DNA of 62,855 bases, the filler included, from Nemertoderma westbladi (Eukaryota; Animalia; Xenacoelomorpha): NCBI GenBank assembly GCA_032718475.1. It is 4 parts of 4 records of this genome, joined end to end, with 100 filler letters (N's around TTAATTAATTAA, not from the genome) between each part and the next. Parts side by side here need not be neighbours in the genome. Positions count along the whole stretch, not along the records: positions 18,739 to 32,434 come from JAUCBJ010006681.1; positions 32,535 to 50,349 come from JAUCBJ010004463.1; 2 more parts are not named here. The stretch is one strand, 5' to 3'. Under the pieces are notes generated by a model that had not been told where the DNA came from, searched no databases, and saw nothing but the letters and a program-made list of their open reading frames with translations. The stretch's first letter is position 1, and every line of letters starts with the position of its first letter. Made by a program: the position numbers and the translations under genes. This document shows, piece by piece, positions 24,491-36,974 of this stretch.

Positions 24491-25213
24491 ATTAGACAAT
24501 CTGTTTGCGTGTTGCATGCTGAAGTTGTTATCAGATTCACTGAGTATACTAATAAGTAATTATATTGTGGTCCTACAATTAACAAATATAATAGATGTTT
24601 GTCAATGTGACTACAATGTGTACTAGAATAGGGTCTATCAGCAATTCAGTATAGAGCCTTCTCTATTTACTCTAAGTATGTAAAGCCTATTTTATATTTG
24701 TAAGTCCAATAAGTATGTGTAACCTTATCTAGTCCTTATGGTAAAATGAACTCTCACGTCCATTATTAGAAGTGAAAGCAGTAAAATTAGATATTTCCAA
24801 AATCTAATCATTTTCATTATTTAAAAAATTAAAAACTAATCGGTATCTGAATGTATAATATAGAGCAAATGTGAGGGTGAAGGTGAATCCGTTTGGACGA
24901 GACTTTTTGTACTAATCTGAATAATTAATCACTTAAAAGGTGGCGTCTACTCTCATTAAATAGATTATTGGGATTCGAATTCGCTAAACTTGAATCTGTA
25001 AGTTAATTTAAATCATTATTTTTTAATGAAATGACTACATCGCTTTCACGCTTTGATGTTGAATTAAACGATCCAACAGCACCTTCTTGTGGATTATCTC
25101 AAGAACTAATCTCTCTACTCGATGGTTCTGAATAAATCTATCCACCTACTAACTAAGTCGATCAACTCGGTTCGATAGAGCCAACAGACCAGCAAGTTGT
25201 TCATCATGAAAAT

Positions 25214-28200
25214 GTAGTATAAGTAATAGGCAGTCGCGTGTATTTGGTGCGAAATGTTGGAGTAGTATAAGTAATAGGTAGTCGCGTGTATTTGGTGCGA
25301 AATGTTGGAGTAGTATAAGTAATAGGCAGTCGCGTGTATTGGGTGCGAAATGTTGGAGTAGTATAAGTAATAGGTAGTCGCGTGTATTTGGTGCGAAATG
25401 TTGGAGTAGTATAAGTAATAGGCAGTCGCGTGTATTGGGTGCGAAATGTTGGAGTAGTATAAGTAATAGGTAGTCGCGTGTATTGGGTGCGAAATGTTGG
25501 AGTAGTATAAGTAATAGGCAGTCGCGTGTATTGGGTGCGAAATGTTGGAGTAGTATAAGTAATAGGTAGTCGCGTGTATTTGGTGCGAAATGTTGGAGTA
25601 GTATAAGTAATAGGCAGTCGGGTGTATTTGGTGCGAAATGTTGGAGTAGTATAAGTAATAGGCAGTCGCGTGTATTGGGTGCGAAATGTTGGAGTAGTAT
25701 AAGTAATAGGCAGTCGCGTGTATTGGGTGCGAAATGTTGGAGTAGTATAAGTAATAGGTAGTCGCGTGTATTTGGTGCGAAATGTTGGAGTAGTATAAGT
25801 AATAGGTAGTCGCGTCTATTTGGTGCGAAATGTTGGAGTAGTATAAGTAATAGGTAGTCGCGTGTATTTGGTGCGAAATGTTGGAGTAGTATAAGTAATA
25901 GGCAGTCGCGTGTATTGGGTGCGAAATGTTGGAGTAGTATAAGTAATAGGCAGTCGCGTGTATTTGGTGCGAAATGTTGGAGTAGTATAAGTAATAGGTA
26001 GTCGCGTGTATTGGGTGCGAAATGTTGGAGTAGTATAAGTAATAGGCAGTCGCGTGTATTTGGTGCGAAATGTTGGAGTAGTATAAGTAATAGGCAGTCG
26101 CGTGTATTTGGTGCGAAATGTTGGAGTAGTATAAGTAATAGGCAGTCGCGTGTATTTGGTGCGAAATGTTGGAGTAGTATAAGTAATAGGCAGTCGCGTG
26201 TATTTGGTGCGAAATGTTGGAGTAGTATAAGTAATAGGCAGTCGCGTGTATTGGGTGCGAAATGTTGGAGTAGTATAAGTAATAGGCAGTCGCGTGTATT
26301 TGGTGCGAAATGTTGGAGTAGTATAAGTAATAGGCAGTCGCGTGTATTTGGTGCGAAATGTTGGAGTAGTATAAGTAATAGGCAGTCGCGTGTATTGGGT
26401 GCGAAATGTTGGAGTAGTATAAGTAATAGGTAGTCGCGTGTATTGGTGCGAAATGTTGGAGTAGTATAAGTAATAGGCAGTCGCGTGTATTTGGTGCGAA
26501 ATGTTGGAGTAGTATAAGTAATAGGCAGTCGCGTGTATTTGGTGCGAAATGTTGGAGTAGTATAAGTAATAGGCAGTCGCGTGTATTTGGTGCGAAATGT
26601 TGGAGTAGTATAAGTAATAGGCAGTCGCGTGTATTTGGTGCGAAATGTTGGAGTAGTATAAGTAATAGGCAGTCGCGTGTATTTGGTGCGAAATGTTGGA
26701 GTAGTATAAGTAATAGGCAGTCGCGTGTATTGGGTGCGAAATGTTGGAGTAGTATAAGTAATAGGCAGTCGCGTGTATTGGGTGCGAAATGTTGGAGTAG
26801 TATAAGTAATAGGCAGTCGCGTGTATTTGGTGCGAAATGTTGGAGTAGTATAAGTAATAGGCAGTCGCGTGTATTTGGTGCGAAATGTTGGAGTAGTATA
26901 AGTAATAGGCAGTCGCGTGTATTGGGTGCGAAATGTTGGAGTAGTATAAGTAATAGGCAGTCGCGTGTATTTGGTGCGAAATGTTGGAGTAGTATAAGTA
27001 ATAGGCAGTCGCGTGTATTTGGTGCGAAATGTTGGAGTAGTATAAGTAATAGGCAGTCGCGTGTATTGGGTGCGAAATGTTGGAGTAGTATAAGTAATAG
27101 GCAGTCGCGTGTATTGGGTGCGAAATGTTGGAGTAGTATAAGTAATAGGCAGTCGCGTGTATTTGGTGCGAAATGTTGGAGTAGTATAAGTAATAGGCAG
27201 TCGCGTGTATTTGGTGCGAAATGTTGGAGTAGTATAAGTAATAGGCAGTCGCGTGTATTGGGTGCGAAATGTTGGAGTAGTATAAGTAATAGGTAGTCGC
27301 GTGTATTTGGTGCGAAATGTTGGAGTAGTATAAGTAATAGGCAGTCGCGTGTATTTGGTGCGAAATGTTGGAGTAGTATAAGTAATAGGTAGTCGCGTGT
27401 ATTGGGTGCGAAATGTTGGAGTAGTATAAGTAATAGGCAGTCGCGTGTATTGGGTGCGAAATGTTGGAGTAGTATAAGTAATAGGCAGTCGCGTGTATTT
27501 GGTGCGAAATGTTGGAGTAGTATAAGTAATAGGCAGTCGCGTGTATTTGGTGCGAAATGTTGGAGTAGTATAAGTAATAGGCAGTCGCGTGTATTGGGTG
27601 CGAAATGTTGGAGTAGTATAAGTAATAGGCAGTCGCGTGTATTTGGTGCGAAATGTTGGAGTAGTATAAGTAATAGGTAGTCGCGTGTATTTGGTGCGAA
27701 ATGTTGGAGTAGTATAAGTAATAGGTAGTCGCGTGTATTTGGTGCGAAATGTTGGAGTAGTATAAGTAATAGGCAGTCGCGTGTATTGGGTGCGAAATGT
27801 TGGAGTAGTATAAGTAATAGGTAGTCGCGTGTATTTGGTGCGAAATGTTGGAGTAGTATAAGTAATAGGCAGTCGCGTGTATTTGGTGCGAAATGTTGGA
27901 GTAGTATAAGTAATAGGTAGTCGCGTGTATTTGGTGCGAAATGTTGGAGTAGTATAAGTAATAGGCAGTCGCGTGTATTTGGTGCGAAATGTTGGAGTAG
28001 TATAAGTAATAGGTAGTCGCGTGTATTTGGTGCGAAATGTTGGAGTAGTATAAGTAATAGGTAGTCGCGTGTATTTGGTGCGAAATGTTGGAGTAGTATA
28101 AGTAATAGGCAGTCGCGTGTATTTGGTGCGAAATGTTGGAGTAGTATAAGTAATAGGCAGTCGCGTGTATTGGGTGCGAAATGTTGGAGTAGTATAAGTA

Positions 28201-31089
28201 ATAGGTAGTCGCGTGTATTTGGTGCGAAATGTTGGAGTAGTATAAGTAATAGGTAGTCGCGTGTATTTGGTGCGAAATGTTGGAGTAGTATAAGTAATAG
28301 GCAGTCGCGTGTATTTGGTGCGAAATGTTGGAGTAGTATAAGTAATAGGCAGTCGCGTGTATTTGGTGCGAAATGTTGGAGTAGTATAAGTAATAGGCAG
28401 TCGCGTGTATTTGGTGCGAAATGTTGGAGTAGTATAAGTAATAGGCAGTCGCGTGTATTTGGTGCGAAATGTTGGAGTAGTATAAGTAATAGGCAGTCGC
28501 GTGTATTTGGTGCGAAATGTTGGAGTAGTATAAGTAATAGGCAGTCGCGTGTATTTGGTGCGAAATGTTGGAGTAGTATAAGTAATAGGCAGTCGCGTGT
28601 ATTGGGTGCGAAATGTTGGAGTAGTATAAGTAATAGGCAGTCGCGTGTATTTGGTGCGAAATGTTGGAGTAGTATAAGTAATAGGCAGTCGCGTGTATTT
28701 GGTGCGAAATGTTGGAGTAGTATAAGTAATAGGCAGTCGCGTGTATTTGGTGCGAAATGTTGGAGTAGTATAAGTAATAGGTAGTCGCGTGTATTTGGTG
28801 CGAAATGTTGGAGTAGTATAAGTAATAGGTAGTCGCGTGTATTTGGTGCGAAATGTTGGAGTAGTATAAGTAATAGGCAGTCGCGTGTATTTGGTGCGAA
28901 ATGTTGGAGTAGTATAAGTAATAGGCAGTCGCGTGTATTTGGTGCGAAATGTTGGAGTAGTATAAGTAATAGGCAGTCGCGTGTATTTGGTGCGAAATGT
29001 TGGAGTAGTATAAGTAATAGGCAGTCGCGTGTATTTGGTGCGAAATGTTGGAGTAGTATAAGTAATAGGTAGTCGCGTGTATTTGGTGCGAAATGTTGGA
29101 GTAGTATAAGTAATAGGCAGTCGCGTGTATTTGGTGCGAAATGTTGGAGTAGTATAAGTAATAGGCAGTCGCGTGTATTTGGTGCGAAATGTTGGAGTAG
29201 TATAAGTAATAGGCAGTCGCGTGTATTTGGTGCGAAATGTTGGAGTAGTATAAGTAATAGGTAGTCGCGTGTATTTGGTGCGAAATGTTGGAGTAGTATA
29301 AGTAATAGGTAGTCGCGTGTATTTGGTGCGAAATGTTGGAGTAGTATAAGTAATAGGCAGTCGCGTGTATTTGGTGCGAAATGTTGGAGTAGTATAAGTA
29401 ATAGGCAGTCGCGTGTATTTGGTGCGAAATGTTGGAGTAGTATAAGTAATAGGCAGTCGCGTGTATTTGGTGCGAAATGTTGGAGTAGTATAAGTAATAG
29501 GCAGTCGCGTGTATTTGGTGCGAAATGTTGGAGTAGTATAAGTAATAGGCAGTCGCGTGTATTTGGTGCGAAATGTTGGAGTAGTATAAGTAATAGGCAG
29601 TCGCGTGTATTTGGTGCGAAATGTTGGAGTAGTATAAGTAATAGGCAGTCGCGTGTATTTGGTGCGAAATGTTGGAGTAGTATAAGTAATAGGCAGTCGC
29701 GTGTATTGGGTGCGAAATGTTGGAGTAGTATAAGTAATAGGTAGTCGCGTGTATTTGGTGCGAAATGTTGGAGTAGTATAAGTAATAGGCAGTCGCGTGT
29801 ATTTGGTGCGAAATGTTGGAGTAGTATAAGTAATAGGCAGTCGCGTGTATTTGGTGCGAAATGTTGGAGTAGTATAAGTAATAGGTAGTCGCGTGTATTT
29901 GGTGCGAAATGTTGGAGTAGTATAAGTAATAGGCAGTCGCGTGTATTTGGTGCGAAATGTTGGAGTAGTATAAGTAATAGGCAGTCGCGTGTATTTGGTG
30001 CGAAATGTTGGAGTAGTATAAGTAATAGGTAGTCGCGTGTATTTGGTGCGAAATGTTGGAGTAGTATAAGTAATAGGCAGTCGCGTGTATTTGGTGCGAA
30101 ATGTTGGAGTAGTATAAGTAATAGGCAGTCGCGTGTATTTGGTGCGAAATGTTGGAGTAGTATAAGTAATAGGCAGTCGCGTGTATTTGGTGCGAAATGT
30201 TGGAGTAGTATAAGTAATAGGTAGTCGCGTGTATTTGGTGCGAAATGTTGGAGTAGTATAAGTAATAGGCAGTCGCGTGTATTTGGTGCGAAATGTTGGA
30301 GTAGTATAAGTAATAGGCAGTCGCGTGTATTTGGTGCGAAATGTTGGAGTAGTATAAGTAATAGGCAGTCGCGTGTATTTGGTGCGAAATGTTGGAGTAG
30401 TATAAGTAATAGGCAGTCGCGTGTATTTGGTGCGAAATGTTGGAGTAGTATAAGTAATAGGCAGTCGCGTGTATTGGGTGCGAAATGTTGGAGTAGTATA
30501 AGTAATAGGTAGTCGCGTGTATTTGGTGCGAAATGTTGGAGTAGTATAAGTAATAGGCAGTCGCGTGTATTTGGTGCGAAATGTTGGAGTAGTATAAGTA
30601 ATAGGCAGTCGCGTGTATTTGGTGCGAAATGTTGGAGTAGTATAAGTAATAGGTAGTCGCGTGTATTTGGTGCGAAATGTTGGAGTAGTATAAGTAATAG
30701 GCAGTCGCGTGTATTTGGTGCGAAATGTTGGAGTAGTATAAGTAATAGGCAGTCGCGTGTATTTGGTGCGAAATGTTGGAGTAGTATAAGTAATAGGTAG
30801 TCGCGTGTATTTGGTGCGAAATGTTGGAGTAGTATAAGTAATAGGCAGTCGCGTGTATTTGGTGCGAAATGTTGGAGTAGTATAAGTAATAGGTAGTCGC
30901 GTGTATTGGGTGCGAAATGTTGGAGTAGTATAAGTAATAGGTAGTCGCGTGTATTTGGTGCGAAATGTTGGAGTAGTATAAGTAATAGGCAGTCGCGTGT
31001 ATTGGGTGCGAAATGTTGGAGTAGTATAAGTAATAGGCAGTCGCGTGTATTTGGTGCGAAATGTTGGAGTAGTATAAGTAATAGGTAGT
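25214..31089. repeat. 48-bp satellite array, ~122 copies (gtagtataagtaataggYagtcgcgtgtattKggtgcgaaatgttgga)
   Basis: Near-perfect tandem units with two recurrent SNPs, rare private SNPs (25621, 25816) and one 1-nt deletion near 26445. Confidence 0.98.
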
Positions 31090-31785
31090 TGTTCGCGCTT
31101 TTGAAGACCTTTAGCAGTTTAACCTGCCAAAATTTATATGTCTTTTAGTTAATTAAAACACCTTTAGCATACGACAATAATTTATGCTAATACGCAAAAC
31201 ATTAGCCGAAGGCAGCCCATGCGCGATCATTCACCCGATGGATCTACACCCGGGAGGCTGAATTCGGATGCTTAAATTGTATTATTACAGTGTAAGGTTG
31301 CAGTGTATACCTAATGTATTATTCGATAGATCGTTAATAATTAATCTCTGACAGATATTATTGGCTTTCGGGAAATATTAACAGTTCCTTTAGGACGTGG
31401 CGCTTTATCTATTTAAACAGAACTAAGACTTATACTAAAACGCAACGATACTGCTTATGATTAAAGTATAAAGCGTATTCTTTAGGAAATACTTTGTTAC
31501 CAATCACGATCATCCACACCATTCTGCCGACAGTCAGTACATTTGATCACACATAAAGAGAGCAGTAATTGACTCACGTAGGGTCTGCTAAATAACATTG
31601 GATTCAATACACACCACATTAATATAAATCGCAATTGTTATGTATAGCCGGTCTCTCTAACCTGTAGTGTTATCAAGAAAATTGGGAATTGGGTGATTTA
31701 TCCGTATTATCCAAATAGCAATATTTCCATCAACAAATAGGTACAATTAATAACTGACGGTAAAATAACAGTACAAACAATATGA
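31090..31785 (-). ncRNA. Putative large structured cis-RNA in LTR copy B (family unassigned)
   Basis: Invariant blocks shared with copy A (agcgccacgtcctaaaggaactgttaatatttcccgaa; tcgaataatacattagg; cgggtgaatgatcgcgca) plus covarying helices. Confidence 0.65.
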
Positions 31786-32316
31786 TTAATGCAATTAAAT
31801 TAAGTAAGTAAAGTATTATACGAGATGAGTTAGATGAGTTTCATTAGTTCGTTAAGTTAGGTAACAGTTTATACTTTCGATAATTTAAGCAGTTTTACTA
31901 GAGTTCTTCCCAAAAATGCCGGTGTTTCTGGCTTAGACAGCAATAACAACAACAGAATCATATAAAATCATATGACTACTAACACTATACGAGTATCTCA
32001 GAACTCTTATTCCACGAAGCCCCGTTCAACACAGAGGATGAGCAGTGAGATAGGATTTTCAGTTCAGTAGCTCTTGATAGGTCGAAAATCAACGCCTACT
32101 CAAATTCTATTGGCCGATACAGACAGCAGTGCTGAAGCAACCTCCCTAAGCTGGCTGGCCGATTAAACTGAGCCCAGATCCTTCCGTACAGCACATCAGC
32201 CAATAAGCTGGTAGCTTACACTATTCTAGCTAGGTATCCCTTTCGAGAGTATTCAGCGACAGGGGGTAACTGGTTGGCAAGGCAAACGAATCAGTTATCC
32301 CACAAAAGCTTTTACA
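31090..32316 (-). repeat. 3' LTR copy B (~1.23 kb) of the same Gypsy family
   Basis: Minus strand reads TGTAAAAGCTTTTG...CAAAAGCGCGAACA. It is preceded by the same gggagcgg PPT and by 32317-32434, which is highly similar to 19850-19966. Confidence 0.8.
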
Positions 32317-32434
32317 CCGCTCCCAGAAAATGGGGTTTAAGTCTATAAAATATACAAAATCACAGTTTCTAAAATATAAAAATACTCTAAACAGTTAGTC
32401 TTTCTTGCGCGGACGGCGTTTACGCAGTTTTTTA

Positions 32435-32534
32435 NNNNNNNNNNNNNNNNNNNNNNNNNNNNNNNNNNNNNNNNNNNNTTAATTAATTAANNNNNNNNNN
32501 NNNNNNNNNNNNNNNNNNNNNNNNNNNNNNNNNN
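32435..32534. other. Artificial contig linker
   Basis: N44-TTAATTAATTAA-N44. Confidence 0.98.
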
Positions 32535-35500
32535 ACACGTTGTGGGGTCTTCGAGCAGCACGTGTTAAAATGTTCAATGACTGAGCAGCGACTAATTAAC
32601 AAATTTATGAGGGATTCATTGACCAGCTACCGACAGATCAATATTGTGACATATATTTTAGTTTAATGTTTGATTCAATTAAAGGCACAAATTAAAAAGG
32701 CTACAAATATATAGGGTTGAATAATTAAATTAGTCACCCATTAAAAGGTAGGCAAATATAAGTTGAAATCTATATAAATTTTTAAATTCAGTAGTGTGCG
32801 TGTGTTGTGTATTGATTCCGTAGATTTCATGTTGAAATAGCGTTCATTAACTTAATTTCTATTTAATTATTCAGGCATACTAATACCCACTTTAAATTAG
32901 TTCGTGTGTGTTAAGTGTGTAAGATTTGATTGTTTTGGCACGAACCCATTAGGGCACAGAAACTGACGGATTCTTCGCGAATTTCGCAAACGTCGCAAAC
33001 TTCGGTAATATTTTCTACAATTTTGACTCCTTAAGCAAAAGTGTCCCGAATGAGTTTTTTAACTTTTATTTCTTTGTGATTTTGATTGCTTTTTTATATT
33101 AGTGAATGTTCTAGAACCTTAGTAGATTTTTTATGGTATATAGCTATTATTTTTTACTAGCTAGTAATTTTTGGAAATTATTTTGGTCATTAATATATTC
33201 TTCAACAGTTTAACCTGAAATATCATGGACTTTCACATTTTTTATAATTTCTAAAAATACTAGCTAGCAAAAAACACTACCGGTAGCTATCATAAAGAAC
33301 ATATCTACTAATGTTCTAGAACTTTCACCAATAACAAAAAAATTTAAAAACTCTAAAAAAGGATTGGTGAAAAATGGCTGGGGTATCGACAGGGCGAAGT
33401 AGGGACCGTGTTGCTTAACCCCTTAGAGCCTATGACGTCCAGTGCATGTCACCATGGACAACACTAAGACATGCAGTGGACGTCATGCTGCAATACATGT
33501 TTTATTGGAAGGCTCTTGGTCTAGGTATACTGGTGGATAGTATTAAAGACATTTATTGCTCTTCATGGCAAAAAATCCATTCTGTACTGTAGATAGGATA
33601 GGCTTTATTGTAGACTGTATTATCAATGTTAGGTATATGGCGTAATGCCAACCACAGTACAGTAGTACAGACTGACAGTAAGACCGACAGACAGACAGAC
33701 TGGATTTATGTAAACCTGAAAACTGACATCAGAAATGTAATCAGCACCCCTTAAAACCCCCACAGCGAGAATGTTAGCGACACGTTTTAATTATTAACCA
33801 TATTTCGTAAGATATATTTCATCATCGTGTCTGCACGGTATTTCACATAGCGCCCCATTTGGTGATCTCCAGTGAATGTTTGGATTTGACCTGACCAAAT
33901 TGGTTTACTACGGAAGATCCGCAGTGGGCACACCTGAGCGGGTGTGGGCCACTCGGACTAGGACTTTGTAATTATTTTGCAAATATTGGGACCATGCATT
34001 TTCTAACTTACAGGTTTCGTTGCATTGCTTGGATCAAACTTATCCTGTATTCTATAATGCATGGTATTTTACTCTCCGACATCGGTAGAGGTGAAGAGGT
34101 GTGTTGTTGGTCTGCCTCTGCGTCATTGGGGCAGGGGGGGGGGGGGGGGGTGTGTGTTGGGGCAAGTGTCAGATTCATCTATTCGTGTTGATGGTTGGTG
34201 AGGATTCTACTTCTGGCTAGGTCTGGCCTAGAGTAGAAGCAGTTCCGCGGCAATAATAACATTGCTCCTCAAAAGAGGGCCCTTACTGCATCAGGGACGC
34301 GTTTTTCGACAGAGCCCCGTCAGCTGAAACAGCCAGTGCCGCTAGTCGGTGGGGTTGACTTGTTGACGAGAGGCTATTATGAGGCGCAATGGGATACGCA
34401 TTGCGTATCTCCTTCTGTCAACCAATACTGGCCTAAGATATATTTTTAAACATTTATTTATTAATAATGCAATAACTGAATAACCAGATAACGGAAAGAC
34501 AAATCGAATTGAAACTTTTAATTACTAATAATAATTGTGGTGAGAGGTGATTGGAAATCAAGCATATATGTTATGTTATGGTAGGCACAGGCAAATGAAT
34601 TGATGTCTGTTGAGATGTATTGAAGGAGCACTATTCCTTCTACTAGACTACTACAGGTTAGGCCATGTCCTTGTGTGCTAGCCTAGGCACTGGCTTGGTC
34701 AATGACTTTAGCTTTAGCTGCCATTTTAGTAATGTACAACTTCAAGAAATATTATTGGGCACGGCTGCCCTTGTTCATGCCTTGTTGTCACACACACACA
34801 TACACACACAGAGACTTTTGAAAAACGGCCATAGTATAATTACAGTATATCAGTTCGCTGATGGCTCGCCATTCGTGTCTCGCCCCACACAAAATACGCA
34901 TTCACGCAAACAAACAAGTAAAATTAGCCTCGAGATAGCGATAGTTTATGTGGTCGGGAAGAGAGCTTTCGATCATTTGCTCAGATTGGTGCTCGTGTGT
35001 CGGAGCGTATAGCTTGGACAGACTCACAGACTCATAGACTCACAGACAGACAATGCATATTTATATATAACACTAGAAACCTTCTAGTTCACAAGCTTCT
35101 ATACAGTCAATCAATCAATGGACAATATCAAACATAAATAAATAAATTAATTAACTTAACAAAACTTTACATAAGTGAGCATTCTCTCAAACAAACAGAC
35201 TGATGCCGCTTTAGTTGCAGCTACATACAATAATAAACATAAGGCTTTATGTTGTAATAGATAAATAATAAAATGGGAAAAGGTTTAAACTGTGTGATAT
35301 TTTCCCCTTAGTGGAAAACTATATAACTGCAGAGTAGTGGTCAGCTTCCTCGCAAACAACCTGTAGTGCAGTAGGTCACTGCAGCAACTCTATCGTATTA
35401 AAATGGAAGGTTGTAATTTCAGACATTTCGCCCCCTAGTGACAGACTGCCTGCCAAGTGCCAAGTATCAGCAAAAAAGCATTCATAAACAACAAAATTGT

Positions 35501-36039
35501 AGGTTTCCTCATTCAGACATTTCATCCCCTAATAGCGGCAGACTGGGGAACTGTAGATTGGTCATCGTCTCCCCAAGCCCAAATACACACCCTTACGGTG
35601 TAGTATACTCTGCTTGGTATCAGCAAAAAAAACATCATAAACATATTGTGTAAAGGACCTAAGTATCAGCTAAAAATCATTATTAATAACAAAATAGGAT
35701 AAGATTTTCACTTTCAGACATTTCGCCTCCTAGTGGCAGACTGAAGAACCGCAAACTGGTCGGCGTCCTCCCAACACGCAGCTATGGTCTGGTAGAATTT
35801 ATTCTGCAAAGTGTCAGCAGAGTGGTTACGATGATGCTGTTATAATTTCCTGCTTGCTGATCAGTAATTTCTCAGATAACAAAACAACTGCAGAATAATG
35901 CAATTTTACCTCAAAGACGCATTCATGCAAGTATCAAGTAAATGTGTAAAATAATCAGCCTCGAGATAGCCTTTACAATTCATGTTCACGGGCTCAGGAT
36001 GGTCTGCATCATATAGATGAACGCACATGATAGAGTCAA

Positions 36040-36470
36040 GGGGCCGTCCAAGTATGACGTCAGCACTTTAGGGGGGGGAGGGGGGTTGGGAAAATCTGAT
36101 GACGTGCTGATGAGGGGAGGGGAGGGGGTCAGCCAAAATCTGACGTCAGCATGTTCATTTATAGGTGCTAGAAGAGATATAGAAAAAGAGTAAATAGCTT
36201 GCCTATTTTAATTGTTCGAAGCCCCCGAAGGCCCGTAGCACGACCTTCTGTTTCAGTTACCAGTCACCATGTTTCAGTGATTAGGACGATTTGAATGATT
36301 TACAAGTGATTATAAATAATCTTCATAATATAATAGTTTATTACAAAAATTTTTTTTAATCTGATTTAGGGGGGGGGGGGGGTCAACGCCTATCTGATGA
36401 CATCTGATTTAGGGGAGGGAGGGGGTCAACATTTTGGGGAAAAGTGCAGACGTCATACTTGGACGGCCCC
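36040..36470. mobile_element. PIF/Harbinger MITE
   Basis: TIR GGGGCCGTCCAAGTATGACGTC at both ends, 3-bp TSD CAA, and a second copy at 46225-47273. Confidence 0.85.
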
Positions 36471-36869
36471 CAAGATCCAACTTGTAGGATGACGGACTGA
36501 CGACCTGCTAGGCCTACCTCGCTAGCACCCATCCCGTACATTGCAAAATTGAATAATTGAATCATTTTGTGTTTATGATTATAAACAATATGTGAACTGA
36601 AAAAAGCTAATCTAAGATTCACTGCTGGTTCTTACCAATGTAAGTCAAGAACCAATCACAGTAGATCCTCTCCGCTCTCCTGCTGGGTCCTATTTATTGA
36701 GATTACTACTTAACCAACCCAGCCTGCTGCAGGCCACCTATGATTGGTCTGCAAGTAGCTAGCTGCCTTGCTAACCGATGTATCATTCGCTCAGATTGGT
36801 GCTCTTTAGCTGAATATATTAATTTAGATTATGGCTTCCGACATTTATGGCTACCGACACACACACACG

Positions 36870-36903
<34 letters not shown>

Positions 36904-36974
36904 TTTTGAAAAACGGCCATAGTATAATTATATCAGTTCGCTGATGGCTCGCCATACGTGTCTCGCCCCACAGC

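Noticed and set aside
25214-31089. CRISPR array, or real genes from the + strand ORFs (GAKCWSSISNRQSRVF)n
   Set aside because: No unique spacers and no cas genes. The + strand ORFs are repeatedly broken by the CAG/TAG polymorphism.
19850-32434. Single giant TIR element (Polinton-like) or Fanzor with guide RNA
   Set aside because: The arms diverge unevenly and are better explained as two PPT+LTR ends. No polB, capsid or RuvC motifs seen.
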